The notes under the pieces were generated by a model. That model was not told the DNA's origin. It made no database searches and was given only the letters and a program-made list of their open reading frames with translations. 24,188 bases of DNA from Elusimicrobiota bacterium (GTDB lineage: Bacteria; CG03; SLGR01; JBDRKX01), in assembly GCA_043813605.1 (NCBI GenBank), contig JBDRKX010000125.1:1-24188 (forward strand), read 5' to 3'. Shown here in pieces: positions 1 through 7,919 of the stretch. How positions within the stretch are numbered: the stretch's first letter is position 1; the number at the start of each line of letters is the position of its first letter. A program made the position numbers and the translations under genes.

Positions 1-663
1 GTATAACTTGCTTTCTTCTATACTCATAAAAAAAACCCGCATTCCGAATGCTTCATTCAAAATGCGGGTTCCTTTCCCCCGAAAACCTTTTACGCGCGCT
101 ATATCAAATTCGTTTACACGGCTTTTCAGATACCTGTCCCATGGCGTCAAAAACTTCAGTATCCAGCTCGTGTAATACATTATGCCGGCCAGTATCCGGC
201 CCGGCATATAATCCCTGTCATATGCCTTTTTCCGTATAAGCGTTGTGCCGAAAGTAAAGACTGCAACCATAAGAAGAAAAAACAGCTCCCTGTTCGACAT
301 CAGCACTGTACTCAGTACGTAGTAGAGATGCCCGAACAATCCCCTGCCGGCCTTTTTCCTGACAGGTACCGGTTTTACAGTCTTGTTTACAGTAGTTTCT
401 TTCCTGCGGCCGGCTCCATCAAGCAGTGTTTCTGCTTTTATAAAAGCTGACAGGTACGGATAAAGTATTCTGGCCTTAACGAAAGATACTGTGCAACGAA
501 AAACATCGAAATGCGCTGCCGCTGCTTGTTCTATTTTTCCGGAATAATCCAGTGTTTGTATGACAGGCATGGTAATACACAGTAACAGGAACGACGATAA
601 AATATAAAATACGCATATAAAATGTAATCTCTTTTTAATAATAGTATTCATATTCATTCTCAT
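1..663 (-). CDS. Hypothetical membrane/secreted protein, at least 221 aa, running off the left edge; possible regulatory leader ORF
   Basis: Manual translation from ATG 663 (alternative starts 657, 651) gives MRMNMNTIIKKRLHFICVFYILSSFLLLCITMPVIQ...LFFLLMVAVFTFGTTLIRKK...GTRILNEAFGMRVFFMSIEESKLY with no stop to position 1. It has a basic N-terminus plus hydrophobic stretch and a second hydrophobic segment. It is absent from the ORF track, presumably because no stop lies in the window. Confidence 0.7.
   Translation of the reverse strand, partial: MRMNMNTIIKKRLHFICVFYILSSFLLLCITMPVIQTLDYSGKIEQAAAAHFDVFRCTVSFVKARILYPYLSAFIKAETLLDGAGRRKETTVNKTVKPVPVRKKAGRGLFGHLYYVLSTVLMSNRELFFLLMVAVFTFGTTLIRKKAYDRDYMPGRILAGIMYYTSWILKFLTPWDRYLKSRVNEFDIARVKGFRGKGTRILNEAFGMRVFFMSIEESKLY
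28..70 (-). terminator. Intrinsic terminator-like hairpin inside the 663..<1 ORF
   Basis: Minus-strand RNA AACCCGCAUU-UU-GAAUG-(AAG)-CAUUC-GG-AAUGCGGGUU forms a 17-bp stem with two U:G pairs that form only in this orientation, running into a U8 tract (A run at 28-35). Confidence 0.8.
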
Positions 664-763
664 TATTGTTTAAGTGCATTATATTATACTGCGAAACATA
701 TGAAATAAATAAGAAATAATTGTAAAGTATGTGTAAAATATTTACTCTTTTCTAAGTTATCAA

Positions 764-788
764 AATGACTATTAAGTTAGTGCAGAAA
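764..788 (+). repeat. Left terminal inverted repeat of the IS
   Basis: AATGACTATTAAGTTAGTGCAGAAA, the exact reverse complement of 1721-1745. Confidence 0.93.
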
Positions 789-814
789 TCAATAAAATAT
801 GATAAATTTGTTAT

Positions 815-1737
815 ATGAATTATCAATATCAGCCATTGAGCATAGTGGAATTCTTCTCTGCTTTTCCAACTCAAGAAGCTTGCGAATATCATCTTATTAG
901 AGTTCGATGGCCTAATGGAGTGGTTTGCAATAAATGTGAAAAAAAAGATATCTACAGCCAGATTAGTACGCGACGGGCTTATCAATGCCGCTCTTGTGGG
1001 TACTTTAATTATCCGACAGCTGGAACTATTTTTCACAAGACACATACATCATTGCAACGCTGGTTTCTTGCCATCTTTCTCGTTGCTTCGGACAAACGAG
1101 GAATCTCAGCTCTCCAACTTGTCCAAGCAAATTGGAGTGTCTTATCCTACCGCATGGGCTATGTTACAGCGAATACGCCATGCTATGGCAAAGCGAGATT
1201 TACGATACAAACTTTCTGGTTCTGTAGAAATGGATGAGATGTATATTGGAGCCACTATCGAGGGTAAAAAGCGTGGGCGCGGAACTGAGCAAACGCCAGT
1301 ACTTGCCGCAGTATCATCTGTTCATTGGAAAAAATGGAAGAACGTATATGGGCTTTGCCAGGATGCGAGCGGTAAAAGTAATTGATGGGGAAACGATTAT
1401 AAAATTTGCCAAAGATACAATTGAACCCGGCAGTCAAGTGCGAAGTGATGGATTGTCAGTTTATGCAGCACTGGATAAACATGGATTTGCACATGAGCCG
1501 CATGTAATAAAAAAGCGCAAAGCACACGTTGTACTTCCACATGTTCATATTTACGTTAGCAACCTCCGCTCCTTTGTACAAGGTACATATCATGGGCTTG
1601 ATGAAACGCATTTACAACAGTATCTCGATGAATTTTGTTATCGTTTTAACCGCAGAAGACATTATTATGAGTTGTTTGACCGATTACTATTGGCGTGCCT
1701 TGAAAAGGAGGAAATGCCATTTTCTGCACTAACTTAA
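815..1737 (+). pseudogene. IS1595-family transposase split by two +1 frameshifts (near 1121 and near 1320)
   Basis: Three consecutive frames join into one protein: zinc ribbon (RWPNGVVCNKC...YQCRSC) and TAGTIFHKT..SLQRWF..KRGISALQL, then SKQIGVSYPTAWAMLQRIR..VEMDEMYIG..KRGRG, then VRSDG..LPHVH..GTYHG..HLQQYLDEFCYRFNRR. The stop codon lies in the right TIR. Confidence 0.9.
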
Positions 1738-1745
1738 TAGTCATT
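1721..1745 (-). repeat. Right terminal inverted repeat of the IS
   Basis: TTTCTGCACTAACTTAATAGTCATT, containing the transposase TAA stop. Confidence 0.93.
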
Positions 1746-1902
1746 ATTATCAATTGAAAAAGAACTGTAATATGTATACAGAATCCCATCTAATTCACTC
1801 AAGGATTATAGATATTTCACAAAATAATTCCCCTTAGTGGCGTATAATTTCCATATAATCCATCCTGTCTGCCGATTACACGGAAATAACAGATACTGTA
1901 TT

Positions 1903-1933
1903 AAAAAAGGCCTGTTCAGAAAGGCCTGGTTTT
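1903..1933 (-). terminator. Probable intrinsic terminator closing the radical SAM cluster
   Basis: Minus strand AAAACC-AGGCCT-TTCTGAAC-AGGCCT-TTTTT: a 6-bp stem plus U tract, with the TGA of the 1916..3652 gene in the loop. Confidence 0.6.
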
Positions 1934-3652
1934 CTTAGGACGGGGCGGCGGCAGCAGCCGGGAACGGGAATGTGTTTTTTTGACGGATTCTTTTTCAGGG
2001 GATTCTTCCCAGCCTATCTTAAACATCTTTTCACCGCGCTTGAAATAGTATGTCTCCACAACTTTATATTTTCCATTAACCTTGTTCCATATTTTCATAA
2101 TATCTTCCTGGTATGGATTCTTTCCATTCCAGAAATACAGATGATCATACCCCTTATCATCCAGTTTACTGCATATTTCGTATAGATCCTTTGTCCTATT
2201 GTTTATCAGGAAAATCCTTTCAAAATAAAGCGGTCCGCATATTTCCATGATCCTCCTGAAATCAAAAACAACAACATCGCCTTTTTGGGTATGCTTTTTA
2301 AGGAACTCTAGCCTGTCTACTGTTTCGTATTTATAATAAAGCATGTCTGTCTTTGCCCGGTACAGCATTGAAGAAAATGAGACGACTACAAAAAGAAACA
2401 GAAAAAACATCTTATTCTTGTCTTTTAATATGGATTCCTGTTTTATCGCAACAAACAGTACCACGAAAGGAATTACAGGAAGATAATACCTTACATCCTG
2501 ATGAGGTGTAAGATTGCTCCATAGAACAGCGCCCGTCACATATAGAATAAATATCCCGGCAATTATCTTATCCAGCTTTAATCCGGTATTATCGCCTTTT
2601 TTAAAAAATTCCCTGAAATTATAAAAAAGAATGAGGCAGACCGGAAATTCCGTGAATAATTTCCTCACCGGTGCCATAAAGAACACCAGGAGAAAAAATC
2701 CGAACCAGATGACAGGGATAAAATCATACAGCGTATCATTCCTGCTTTTTTTAAGTACACCGAAAATAGCCATACATAAAATACAGGAAAAGATTGAAAA
2801 TATGATCACATTGTACGGCTGAAGATAGACAATACCTTCTTTGACATTCGCAAAGATCTCCATGCTTATCAATCTTTTATAGAAAATCAGGTTATTTACA
2901 AAATACAATCCTATGGAGACAAGCAGTCCTATGACCATGGAAGAAATAGGTTTTGACTGCCTTGATGAAATAAAATAAATGAGGAGAACAATAAAAACAG
3001 AAACAATCAGGATTGATACTTCCTGCCTAAAAAACAGGGTTAATCCTAAAAAAAAGAACATCAGGATGAGGTAAATATTCTTCTCCTGCCTGTAAAAGTA
3101 TTTTACCATAAAATACATACCGCATACGACTAGAAATACCGACGGGACATGCTCCCAGAAAGTTATACTGTAAAGGATTACCGGTGAAGCAAACGTGTAT
3201 ATAAACAGTAGAAAAAGATGGATAGGTCCCGGTTTCACAACGATCTTTAATATACTCCCCATAACAAATACTGACGCTAAAAATGTAAGCATTGGAATAA
3301 AATGAATAACCCTGTCTCCCATAAAAGGATAAAAAAGGCTCGAAAGAAAAGTGAACAACGGCTGATAAATACTATAGAGCTTGCCTTCCTGCGCAAAGAA
3401 TATTCCGTGCTGTTTTGATTGACTGATGTATTTTAAAGCCGGATCAATGAAACGCCCCGGATAGCCTATTGCCAGGGTTTTCCATTTATTCATTACGAAA
3501 CTCTGCATCTGGATATATTTCTGTCCGCCGTCGTTTATACGAAGTCCCTGTAAAGGCAATTTAAAGAACAAAAAGACAAGTATTAGTATCACAACAGCAT
3601 AAAAGACCCATGTATAATTGTTCTTTTGAGTAAGGTTTGCTGTTTCTTCCAT
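1916..3652 (-). CDS. Polytopic membrane protein, putative GT-C fold glycosyltransferase (ArnT/PMT-like; resembles the LA_3751/LA_3752-type family)
   Basis: 578 aa with roughly 11-13 hydrophobic segments. Acidic motif NDGGQKYIQ in the loop after TM1, YSIYQPLF, SPVILYSITFWEH, FFRQE, RYYLPVIPF, and a soluble C-terminal domain (FLKKHTQKGDVV). This layout is typical of lipid-linked-donor transferases. Confidence 0.7.
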   Translation of the reverse strand: MEETANLTQKNNYTWVFYAVVILILVFLFFKLPLQGLRINDGGQKYIQMQSFVMNKWKTLAIGYPGRFIDPALKYISQSKQHGIFFAQEGKLYSIYQPLFTFLSSLFYPFMGDRVIHFIPMLTFLASVFVMGSILKIVVKPGPIHLFLLFIYTFASPVILYSITFWEHVPSVFLVVCGMYFMVKYFYRQEKNIYLILMFFFLGLTLFFRQEVSILIVSVFIVLLIYFISSRQSKPISSMVIGLLVSIGLYFVNNLIFYKRLISMEIFANVKEGIVYLQPYNVIIFSIFSCILCMAIFGVLKKSRNDTLYDFIPVIWFGFFLLVFFMAPVRKLFTEFPVCLILFYNFREFFKKGDNTGLKLDKIIAGIFILYVTGAVLWSNLTPHQDVRYYLPVIPFVVLFVAIKQESILKDKNKMFFLFLFVVVSFSSMLYRAKTDMLYYKYETVDRLEFLKKHTQKGDVVVFDFRRIMEICGPLYFERIFLINNRTKDLYEICSKLDDKGYDHLYFWNGKNPYQEDIMKIWNKVNGKYKVVETYYFKRGEKMFKIGWEESPEKESVKKTHSRSRLLPPPRPKKTRPF

Positions 3653-3660
3653 GGTTATAA

Positions 3661-3666
3661 ATTATA
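3661..3666 (-). promoter_or_regulatory. Possible sigma70 -10 box 8 nt upstream of the GT-C gene start
   Basis: Perfect TATAAT on the minus strand followed by 8 nt and the ATG at 3652. No Shine-Dalgarno and no good -35. The context is AT-rich, so this may be chance. Confidence 0.3.
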
Positions 3667-3695
3667 CAATATATTCATTTAAAATAAAACTGAGA

Positions 3696-5282
3696 CTACT
3701 TTATTTTATGTTTCCATCTGTCCCATACATCATTCAGGTCCACCTTGACAATTCCGGCCGTTGAATTTACATATAATATGTCTTTGTTTACTGCCAGTCC
3801 GTAGGCTTTGCCGCCAACCTTCAGTGTCCATAGACGGTCACCTGTTTCTATATCCACAGCTATCAACCTGCCGTAGAAATAGCTAAGAATATAAAGAGCA
3901 TTCCGCCATTTATCAAGAAATATCCGGCGTGCGTGGATTTCTCCCTTTAATACTCTTTTTACTTCAAATCTCTCCAAATCGACCTCAAACAACCTGTTGC
4001 TGCCGCCATCCTGAAAATAAACAAGACTTTTCTCCTCGTCAACAACAAGTGCCGAACCGCCATGCCGCACAAGGTCAAGTTCTTTTGCGATCTTCATCGT
4101 TCCGGGATGGATTTCAAACAGATCGGCATCCCCCCCAAAACCTGTGAGATAGAGTTTCTTCCTCTTCTTTGAAAACCCTATGTTCCATACCGTACCGCCG
4201 TATTTAAAGCCGTCAAATGTGAGAATGTTCGTCAACCTGCAAGTTTTATAATCATATTTTAAAAGTGCCGGCCGCATATCATTACAGATGAAGATTGAAT
4301 CGGTGTCCTGTTCATGATATATATCGATGACCTCCCAGTAATCTACAGATACCTGGATAGGGAATCTGCGCTCTACGGAAAGGTCTTCTTTGCTGAGCTC
4401 AAATATTTCCCGCCCAGAAACAGGGCTTATCAGCAAAGATGACGCGTTAATGCCCATTGCCCTGGTATACGGAGCGTTGATGTAATGCGTTTCTTTTGTA
4501 TCCAGGTCTATACGCAACACGGCCGATTGTTTATTGTTCCTGTGCGGTTTATTAGCATATGTGTTTGCGTAATTAGTATATATTGCGTTCTGTTTTTCAT
4601 CAACATAAATATCCCGTGCATATTTGGAGATCTTCTTCCAGTGCATGTAATCTTCGCTGTTTTTTTCCGGAAAATCTTTTTGCGTATAGAACATCTCGAC
4701 GCCTTTTTGATTTGAAATACGCTTTATCGAAGCTGCACCGGGCCCGCCGAGATGATAGAAATGTGAAAATAGAATATATGTCAAGAGCACCGGCAGGATA
4801 AGAGACGAGAATATCCTTAATATATTTCTTCTGACAACGGTAAAATAAAAAATGGTTAACCAGGCGATTACAGCTATCAGCGTCACGTATGATTCCGCGA
4901 TATACACCATGCCCAGCATGGGAAACAGCGAAAAATAAAAAAAGTCCAGCCATCTTTTGATGTCGCCGAACTGCGGCATGACTATCACCCAGCCCACATA
5001 TATGAACAGCCAGAATGCTATTTTCAATGAAAAGAGCACCCATTGGTCGGCATTCTGCGGCCACATTTTCCTGGATCTTCCCTCATCAGGTTCCGATAGG
5101 ACTATATTCTGACTGAAAGCTTCAAAAAAAACCGCCGGAACAAAGAAAAGCAGCAATATAAGCCAGTCTTTAAGCATATCCCTGTGGTTCAGGTAACTCA
5201 TGAACCTGAAATAGAATATTATTATCCATACGGATATAAATGAGTATCCCGCAGCCAGGAACTTATTTCTTTTGTTTCCCAT
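3696..5282 (-). CDS. Membrane-anchored beta-propeller protein (N-terminal multi-TM region plus YVTN/YncE-like repeats)
   Basis: 528 aa. About 5-6 hydrophobic helices in the first ~180 aa, then repeated blade-like units (ALVVDEEKSLVYFQDGGSNRLFEVDL; RIFLDKWRNALYILSYFYGRLIAVDI; GLAVNKDILYVNS). Confidence 0.7.
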   Translation of the reverse strand: MGNKRNKFLAAGYSFISVWIIIFYFRFMSYLNHRDMLKDWLILLLFFVPAVFFEAFSQNIVLSEPDEGRSRKMWPQNADQWVLFSLKIAFWLFIYVGWVIVMPQFGDIKRWLDFFYFSLFPMLGMVYIAESYVTLIAVIAWLTIFYFTVVRRNILRIFSSLILPVLLTYILFSHFYHLGGPGAASIKRISNQKGVEMFYTQKDFPEKNSEDYMHWKKISKYARDIYVDEKQNAIYTNYANTYANKPHRNNKQSAVLRIDLDTKETHYINAPYTRAMGINASSLLISPVSGREIFELSKEDLSVERRFPIQVSVDYWEVIDIYHEQDTDSIFICNDMRPALLKYDYKTCRLTNILTFDGFKYGGTVWNIGFSKKRKKLYLTGFGGDADLFEIHPGTMKIAKELDLVRHGGSALVVDEEKSLVYFQDGGSNRLFEVDLERFEVKRVLKGEIHARRIFLDKWRNALYILSYFYGRLIAVDIETGDRLWTLKVGGKAYGLAVNKDILYVNSTAGIVKVDLNDVWDRWKHKIK

Positions 5283-5297
5283 TATAATGGCATCTGC

Positions 5298-6506
5298 TCA
5301 AAGGTATAATAGATCAATTTTCTTCTTTCCCAGTATCTTCATGGCAATACGCAGCCGCCTGTGTATGTCCGGAATGCCGGTCTTCCCGGATAATCCCGAC
5401 GCAACAGTTTTTTCCCTGTCGGAATATGCGAAAAAATTAACATGACTGGCCCCTGCTTTGCATATAAGGTCCAGGCTTTCCATAAAATCTTCATCCGTTT
5501 CAGTCGGAAAACCTATTATAACGTCAAGAATCAGTTCCAATCTGTCATTAGCATCCCTAAAAAGCCTCAGTGTCTTCCTCATATCAGCTGAAGATGTTTC
5601 CCTGTTCATCAGTTTGCTAATCCTGTCACTTCCGGTCTGCACTGAACAGAGTATTTCCGTTATCTTGTTTTTTTCTATATTCTTGAGCAGACTATCCCTG
5701 TATCTGATCATCCATACCGGGTGAAGTTCTGATATGATCCAGCTTACTTCATGACCAGTGTCAATACGCGATAATCCGTCAAGTAATTCTGAAAAAGAGC
5801 TCCCGATATCCAGCCCGTATGCACCCGCATTATCTGCAGTTATTATAAAACTTCTCTGTCCGGCATGCAATAGCGCTTCATATTCCCTAAAACATTCTTC
5901 CGGGGCTTTGCTTCTCAAGGGCCCCACAGCACTTCTTATAGCACAGTATGAACAGTTCATGGGACATCCCCATCCTATACGCAGATACACTCCCTTTCTA
6001 TTCCTTGAACAGTTTATGGAACTTCCGGGATTTTTCATCTTGTATCGGGCAGTAATGATGCATTTATATATAAAATCAGCAGTCGGTTCCAGTTTTGTCA
6101 TCATTTTGTTAATAAGAGGTATATCCCTGAAAAGATTATTGCTCTCGGCTATTTCCTGGATTTTCACTTTAAAATCCTGAAATATTCCGTCTATTTCGCC
6201 AAGGTCTTCTGTTTTCAGGCATACAAGGCCGTTAAATTCTTTATTTAACCGTTCCGGGGCAATACCGGGAAGGCAGCCGAGTATTACAAGTTTGCCCTTA
6301 AGCCGTGAATATTTCGACAAAATACGAAAACAATCCTGCTCTTTTGCGCCGGTAAAAGCGCATGTCACGAATACTATATAGTCTGCTCTTTCAGGTGTCT
6401 TTATAAGACTGCAGCCGTTTACTCTGAAATATTCCTCTAACCTGGATGCGTCAAGCATCCTTCTGTCACACCCGTTACTGATAATGAATATCTTAAGTCC
6501 CGGCAT
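5298..6506 (-). CDS. MiaB/RimO-like methylthiotransferase-family radical SAM enzyme lacking a TRAM domain
   Basis: N-terminal UPF0004-type domain with three Cys (NGC, VTCAF, LGCLP). Radical SAM motif GCPMNCSYC followed by G.LRS. VQTGSDRISKLMNR, DVIIGFPTETDEDF, FAYSDREKT. Ends at 402 aa with no room for TRAM. Confidence 0.85.
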   Translation of the reverse strand: MPGLKIFIISNGCDRRMLDASRLEEYFRVNGCSLIKTPERADYIVFVTCAFTGAKEQDCFRILSKYSRLKGKLVILGCLPGIAPERLNKEFNGLVCLKTEDLGEIDGIFQDFKVKIQEIAESNNLFRDIPLINKMMTKLEPTADFIYKCIITARYKMKNPGSSINCSRNRKGVYLRIGWGCPMNCSYCAIRSAVGPLRSKAPEECFREYEALLHAGQRSFIITADNAGAYGLDIGSSFSELLDGLSRIDTGHEVSWIISELHPVWMIRYRDSLLKNIEKNKITEILCSVQTGSDRISKLMNRETSSADMRKTLRLFRDANDRLELILDVIIGFPTETDEDFMESLDLICKAGASHVNFFAYSDREKTVASGLSGKTGIPDIHRRLRIAMKILGKKKIDLLYL

Positions 6507-6515
6507 AATGTCTGT

Positions 6516-7919
6516 CTATCTCAGGAATGAGATAAATGTCATAAATTTCCTTATCAGGAATATCTTTCTTGGCATTTTTATTAATATCCTCAATGCTCTC
6601 GAAATATCCAGATAAAAATTCCTATATGCGACACGCTGGATCTTTTTCAGGGGAATACCCAGAGCGGTTTCATATTTTTTGTTCTCGGAATAATAGAACA
6701 GATCCCCGTAATCGATTCCAAATGACGGAAGGTGTTCCCGTGCAAGTTTATAGAGACCTGTTCCCTTTTGCGGAGTGGCTACAAAAAAACTTGCGAACAA
6801 GAGAGGCGTGCTGCACGCGAAACTTATAGTTTCGATTATTTCGTCTTCCGTCTCACCCGGGAAACCTATCATAAAATAAGATTTTGTCAGTATACCGATA
6901 CTGTCGGCATACATGATATTATCGAGAAGCCGCGGTATATCCACATTTTTTTTTATCAGTTTCTGTATCCTAAGAGATGCGCTTTCCAAGGCGAATGTCA
7001 GCATATATGTTCCGGCTTTATTCAGTTTTTTTATCAGTTCCTCATTAAGGATATCTCCCCTTATGCCGTTTGGAAAAGCCAGCTTTATATTGATATCCGA
7101 TTCCGCTATAAGATCGCATATCCTGCCTGTTCTTTCCACATCATAATTAAATATATCATCATATATATGTATTTCGTCTATATCGTATCTTTGAACAACT
7201 TCCTGTATTTCATGGAACACATTTTCTGCCGAACGTTTTCTGAACCGCTTGCCGAATATATTATGGCAGTAGATACAACCGTAAGGACAACCCCTTGATG
7301 TCACGATGCCCATATACTTTTTCCCGGCAGTAAATGCGTTCATGTTCAGGTATTTGAACTCTGAATATTTTTCTACCTCGATCATGTCCCAGGCAGGAAA
7401 CGGAAGTTTATCCAGATCCTCTATGTAAGGCCGGTCCGGTGCAGAAACAACAGTTTCTTCTTTACGGTATGTTATCCCCATAACATCTGAGATATCCCGG
7501 TCATTGCACAACCTTTCAAGTAATTCTGTAAAAGTTACCTCGCCTTCGCCTCTTACTACTATGTCTATATTTTCATCCTCAAGCACCTCTTCCGGACAAA
7601 GAGTCGGATGAGGACCGCCGGCTATAACTACTATTTCCTTTCTGAAAGTTTTTACCGATAACGATACTTCATGCATCTGTTTATCTTCTTCACTGCAGGC
7701 ACTCATACCGACTATATCAGGAGAATAGTCTTTCAGGATCTTCTCCAGGCCGCCTGCATCAAGCCGGTCTATACGCATATCGACTATTCTAACCTGGCAG
7801 TTATCATTCATCTTTGCCCGCGCATAAGAAGCTATATACATGATCCCAAGAGGCGGGGCAACTCCCGCGTATTTCCGTCCGGTGTACAGTTTTACAAGCA
7901 GTATTTTCTGATTACGCAT
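6516..7919 (-). CDS. B12-binding domain radical SAM protein (class B-like), number 4
   Basis: PPLGIMYIAS, GGPHPT, VRGEGE, TSRGCPYGCIYC, DDIFN, ESAS, FMIGFPGET. Confidence 0.92.
   Translation of the reverse strand: MRNQKILLVKLYTGRKYAGVAPPLGIMYIASYARAKMNDNCQVRIVDMRIDRLDAGGLEKILKDYSPDIVGMSACSEEDKQMHEVSLSVKTFRKEIVVIAGGPHPTLCPEEVLEDENIDIVVRGEGEVTFTELLERLCNDRDISDVMGITYRKEETVVSAPDRPYIEDLDKLPFPAWDMIEVEKYSEFKYLNMNAFTAGKKYMGIVTSRGCPYGCIYCHNIFGKRFRKRSAENVFHEIQEVVQRYDIDEIHIYDDIFNYDVERTGRICDLIAESDINIKLAFPNGIRGDILNEELIKKLNKAGTYMLTFALESASLRIQKLIKKNVDIPRLLDNIMYADSIGILTKSYFMIGFPGETEDEIIETISFACSTPLLFASFFVATPQKGTGLYKLAREHLPSFGIDYGDLFYYSENKKYETALGIPLKKIQRVAYRNFYLDISRALRILIKMPRKIFLIRKFMTFISFLR

Larger units (their letters stand above)
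764..1745 (+). mobile_element. IS1595-family insertion sequence (ISSod11-like group), 982 bp
   Basis: Perfect 25-bp terminal inverted repeats at 764-788 and 1721-1745. Flanks GTTATCAA (756-763) and ATTATCAA (1746-1753) match 7/8 and are the likely target duplication. An IS1595-type transposase lies inside. Confidence 0.92.

Noticed and set aside
48..239. 63-aa plus-strand ORF
   Set aside because: It lies antisense to the longer 663..<1 ORF, starts inside the hairpin and has no recognisable motif.
752..1437. Minus-strand ORFs 752..1045 and 1255..1437
   Set aside because: Antisense shadows of the transposase.
1746..1915. Possible RiPP precursor peptide for the radical SAM cluster (also looked for in 12074..12153 and 3653..3695)
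   Set aside because: I found no convincing short ORF with an RBS, this interval lies mostly beyond the terminator, and there is no RRE, SPASM domain, peptidase or transporter. A precursor elsewhere cannot be excluded.
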